Source: Malacoraja senta
Lineage: Eukaryota
Direction: 5' to 3'
Assembly: GCA_038087875.1 (NCBI GenBank)
Contig: JAXLNO010000548.1
Span: forward strand, 188,001-239,647
Length of the DNA stretch: 51,647 bases
Positions 47,601 to 51,647 of the stretch are shown here, piece by piece. Position numbers and translations under genes: made by a program. The stretch's first letter is position 1, and each line of letters starts with the position of its first letter. Under the pieces are notes generated by a model that worked only from the letters and a program-made list of their open reading frames with translations, did not search any database and was not told the DNA's origin.

Positions 47601-49425
47601 AACTTATATTTGCTATATATCTTTCAAAACTGGTGTATTTCCATGTAAAATGAAAACTGCCAAAGTCATCCCACTATACAAAGCTGGAGACAGAAATCAA
47701 TTTACAAATTACAGGCCGGTGTCGTTACTCTCTCAGTTCTCAAAAATAATAGAAAAACTGTATGTAAGTAGATTAGATAACTTTATCGAGAAGCACGAAT
47801 TGCTAGTTGATAGTCAATATGGATTCAGGTCAAACAGATCGACATCCATGGCATTAATGGAGTTAATTGAAGACATTACCAGTTCTATAGATAACAAGAA
47901 ATATGCAGTGGGTGTATTTATAGATTTGAAAAAAGCATTCGATACAATTGATCATCATTTGCTAATCAAAAAACTGGAAAAGTATGGAACCAGAGGGGTT
48001 GTACTAGAGTGGATGAGAAGCTACATAAGTAAAATACATCAGTTTGTGCAAATAGGGGACTGCAAATCAACAGGCTTGGAAATAACTTGTGGAGTCCCAC
48101 AGGGGTCGGTTTTTGGGCCCCAAATTATTTATTTTGTATATTAATGATATATGTAGGGTGTCAAACCTCTTGAAATTTGTGTTATTTGCAGATGACACTA
48201 ATATTTTCTGTGATTGGACAATTTGCAGCAGCTTTTGGAGGTGGTCACAGCAGAAATGAGTAAACTGAAAACATGGCTTGATTTGAATAAATTATCATTA
48301 AATTTAAACAAAACCAAACTTATGCTGTTTGGAAAACGCAAAATAAATACACAAGTAAAAGTAATGATAAATAATGTTGAAATAGAAAGAGTGTATGAAA
48401 ATCAATTTCTGGGTGTGATTCTTGATCACAAAATCTGCTGGAAACCCCATATAAAACATGTGAGAGCAAAAGTAGCACGGAGTATTGGAGTGATGGGGAA
48501 AGCAAGGCATGTTTTGAATGAGAGAGCACTGTATATTCTGTACAGCTCACTTGTGTTACCGTATTTAAATTACTGTGTGGAAGTATGGGGCAACACCTAC
48601 AAAACCACCTTACAATCACAAAGCACACTACAAAAAAGAGCTATTCGTATAGTAAACAATGTAGGATATCATGAACACACCAATATACTGTATTTAAAAT
48701 TACACACCTTAAGGATCTGGTAGAATTTAAGACTGCACAAATAATTTATAAAGCAAAAAATAAACTGCTACCTGTAAACATACAAAAACTGTTAAAAGAC
48801 AGAGAGGTGGGTTATAACTTTAGAGGGAAACTAAATTTGAAGCAGCATTTAAAAAGTATGTGTATTTCCATTTGTGGGGTGGTTTTGTGGAATGGTCTTG
48901 ATGAAACGATTAAACAAAGTATGAATATAATGCAATTTTAAAAAAATGTACAAACGATATATCTTTGAAAAGTACAGTAATGAGGAAGGAGAATGTAAAT
49001 CTCACAGATGTTAATGGTGCTTGTTCTTTTTGTTCTTTTCTTTTGTTCTTTTTTCTTAATAGCTTGATTGGAGTAGTTTTAATTGAATTGTCTGTTTATT
49101 TTATTTTATTGAATTTTGCATTTGTTAATGGTGAAGAATGGGGGTAGGACTTGACAAGCATAGGCTTCTTCCTATCCCTTTTCGAACGTCTAATGTGTAT
49201 TATGTTCAAATGGCTTTTGATTTTTTAATTTATGTATGTACATATATGTTATGTATATGTGTATGTGTGTATATGTATGTATGTATATATGTACATGTAT
49301 ATGTATGTACGTGTGTATGTATTTATGTACATATATATATGTATATATATAATTTTCCTTTATTTATTATTTATTTTCATCTTTTCTTTTCTTCTTTTTT
49401 TAATCGTTCCAAATAAAGATATCAT
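44691..49425 (+). mobile_element. L2/Crack-group LINE (ORF2 RT to 3' end) with a ~2.15-kb internal tandem duplication
   Basis: KTAKVIPLYK, NYRPVSLL, QYGFR, FIDLKKAFDTIDH, GVPQGSVLGP, LFADDTN, each present twice at offset ~2152. Single 3' tail at 49140-49425. Confidence 0.92.
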
Positions 49426-49900
49426 ATCGAGATGCTGCCTGTCCCGCTGAGTTACTCCGCTTTCTGCGTCGACCATCAGGACCAGAAGGGATGGACTCTC
49501 ATTTGCAACAATTGGCCTCTGCTTCAGGAGGGAAGTGTGAAGGGCACCTTGTGTGGGGAGGAAGAGATAGAGGAATATCAGGGATATTGGATATGGCGGC
49601 CATTGTAGTGCGTTCTTCCACCAGCTTTACCTTTACCGTTAGAAAGGAGATGAGGAGGAATTTCTTTAGACAACGGGTGGTGAATCTGTGGAATTCATTG
49701 CCGCAGACGGGGGTGGAGGCCAAGTCAATGGATAGTTTTAAGGCAGAGAGTGATAGAATCATGATTAGTGCGGGTGTCGGGGGGTTACGGGGAGAAGGCA
49801 AGAGAATGGGGTTGAGAGGGAAAGATAGATCGGCAATGATTGAATGGCGGAGTAGACATGGATGGCCGAATGGCCTACGAGCTGCACTCTTGTGTAAAGT

Positions 49901-50100
49901 GTTTAAGAAGGAACTGCAGATGCTGGAAAATCGAAGGTAGACAATGCAGGAGAAACTCAGCGGGTGAGGCAGCATCTATGGAGCGAAGGAAATAGGTAAC
50001 TATTTCCAGTCTGAAGAAGGGTTTTGGCCCGAAACGTTACCTGTTTCAATCGTTCCATAGATGCTGCCTCACCCGCTGAGTTTCTCCAGCACCTTTGTCT
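49901..50100. mobile_element. ~200-bp palindromic Penelope-derived insertion with hammerhead core and 15-bp TSD
   Basis: ACTCTTGTGTAAAGT at 49886-49900 and 50101-50115. Inverted arms around CTGAAGA...GAAAC at 50011-50035. Confidence 0.85.
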
Positions 50101-50952
50101 ACTCTTGTGTAAAGTCCTTTCTGAATAATTTCCCTTATCTGTGCTGAATGCTAACCTGGTTCTGGAATGGCAGAGCTTGGGGATAATGCAATAGATGAAG
50201 TAGTTTGCATCAAGAAGCCATTGGGATAACCTCAGTGGAAGCTTGAGAGTGATGAGTGGTGAGTCTGTGGAATTCTCTGTCTCAGAGGGCGGTGGAGGCA
50301 GGTTCTCTGGATGCTTTCAAAAGAGAGTAGACAGGGCTCTTAAAAATAGCGGAGTCAGGGGATAAGGGGAGAAGGCAGGAACGGGGTACTGATTGGGGAT
50401 GATCAGCCGTGATCACATTGAATGATTGATGGCGGTGCTGGCTCGAAGGGCCAAATGGCCTCCTCCTGCACCTGTTGTCTACTGAACTCACTGTGGAATG
50501 AATCCAGTAACGGAGCCACTCTGCTGCCGGATTCCATGTTGTCCCTGCCTTCCCTCTGGAAGCCTCCCTCCTCGTCCCCATCAGATGCCGAGTTCCCAGA
50601 GCCCTGGGTAAACGCGGCCGGCCGCTCACGGTTAAGTCTGTGAAAGCGGCCCCATCACAGACTGTGAGCAGCAGCAGGGTTAACTATAGAAAGGACCATT
50701 GCACCTATTGTAGCGGGTGTCTACTCGTTCCCTCCTCTCCCTTTACCCCGCCCGCCCGTCACCTTATATCTTGTCCCCTGAAGCAGGCAGGCAGGTCGGG
50801 CACAGTCAGAGCCGGCTCTGACATTGTTAAACTTGCAGCAGCCGAGCACCGACTCCAACACTCCTGATCTTTAGCTGAACTTCGAGCCGGTGTTCAGTCC
50901 CGGAGACCTTGTTGAGTAAATGCCCAGTGTCCGTTCCCTTGTCTTTCCGCAG

Positions 50953-51647
50953 TGAATTTAGTGGCGGTTGTGATCCTGTCCCGGGGAAAGTGTGGCCTCT
51001 CCACCTGCACCACTCGCTACCTGGTGGCCATGGCAGCGGCCGAGCTACTGGTCCTCATCACCGGGGTCATTTTGTATCAGATCAAATTTCATTACTTTAA
51101 TTCGAGTTTCCTGTCCATCACCCCTGTGTGCAGTGTTATCATTGTACGGACGTCTGCAGTTACAGACTGTTCTGTCTGGTTCACCGTCACTTTCACCTTT
51201 GATCGCTTTGTCGCCATTTGTTGCCAGAAGCGGAAAACTAAATATTGCACCGGAAAACTGCGGCTGTGGTTCTGGCAACAGCCGGCGTTCTGTTCTGTCT
51301 GAAAAACATTCCCGCTACTTCACACAGGAACCACGGATAATCATCGACAATGTCCCGTGGGGCTGTAACATGGTTGACAGTGCTTACACTGACCCCGGGT
51401 GGGTGGCATTTGACTGGATCGAAACGGTTTTAACTCTGTTCCTCCCTTTCGCTGTAATCCTGCTGCTCAACGCTCTGACAGTCCGGCACATTTTAGTGGC
51501 CAGTCGGGTCCGTAAGGGGCTGAGGGGTGAGAGCAAGGGGGAGAAATGTAGTGACCCGGAGATGGAGAGCAGGAGGAGGTCTATGGTTTTACTCTTCACC
51601 ATCTCCGGCAGCTTCATCCTCCTGTGGCTGACGACGGTTGTAGATTT
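50953..51647 (+). CDS. Class A GPCR, GPR139/GPR142-like, main coding exon (TM1 end to TM6); two 1-bp frameshifts; truncated by window end
   Basis: Acceptor ctttccgcag, then NLVAVVILSRGKCGLS, DCSVWFTVTFTFDRFVAIC, KNIP, PF.VILLLN.LTVRHI, DPEMESRRRSMVLLFTISGSFILLW. Frameshifts at ~51253 and ~51315. Confidence 0.9.

Overview
Eukaryotic, repeat-dominated vertebrate DNA, most likely from a cartilaginous fish (skate/ray-like). That assignment is inferred from the tRNA-derived SINE, the CR1, Rex1 and Penelope content, and the GPR139-like receptor. Recognisable host genes are a tandem C2H2 zinc-finger gene (6.2-7.7 kb, +) and the main exon of a GPR139/142-like class A GPCR (from 50953, +, running off the window). 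Mobile DNA includes the 5' part of an L1 with intact ORF1, an RTEX-like 3' end, a full-length Passport-type Tc1 with TA TSD, a Harbinger-like MITE, Penelope-like elements with minimal hammerhead cores, Gypsy remnants inside a fold-back inverted duplication (38.0-44.3 kb), a tandemly duplicated L2/Crack-type LINE and a 28/29-bp minisatellite. The most novel signal is not shown as a coherent gene in the ORF track. At least six decayed + strand copies of an unidentified protein module lie between 10 and 36.4 kb. They share GW[IL]L...IN and SE..VPP.QK[IV]VRL motifs, and their differences are biased toward synonymous changes. Two copies regain a continuous frame when a TE insertion is excised. Many frameshifts in the window sit in homopolymers and may be assembly errors. 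All family assignments come from motif recognition by eye, with no database searches.
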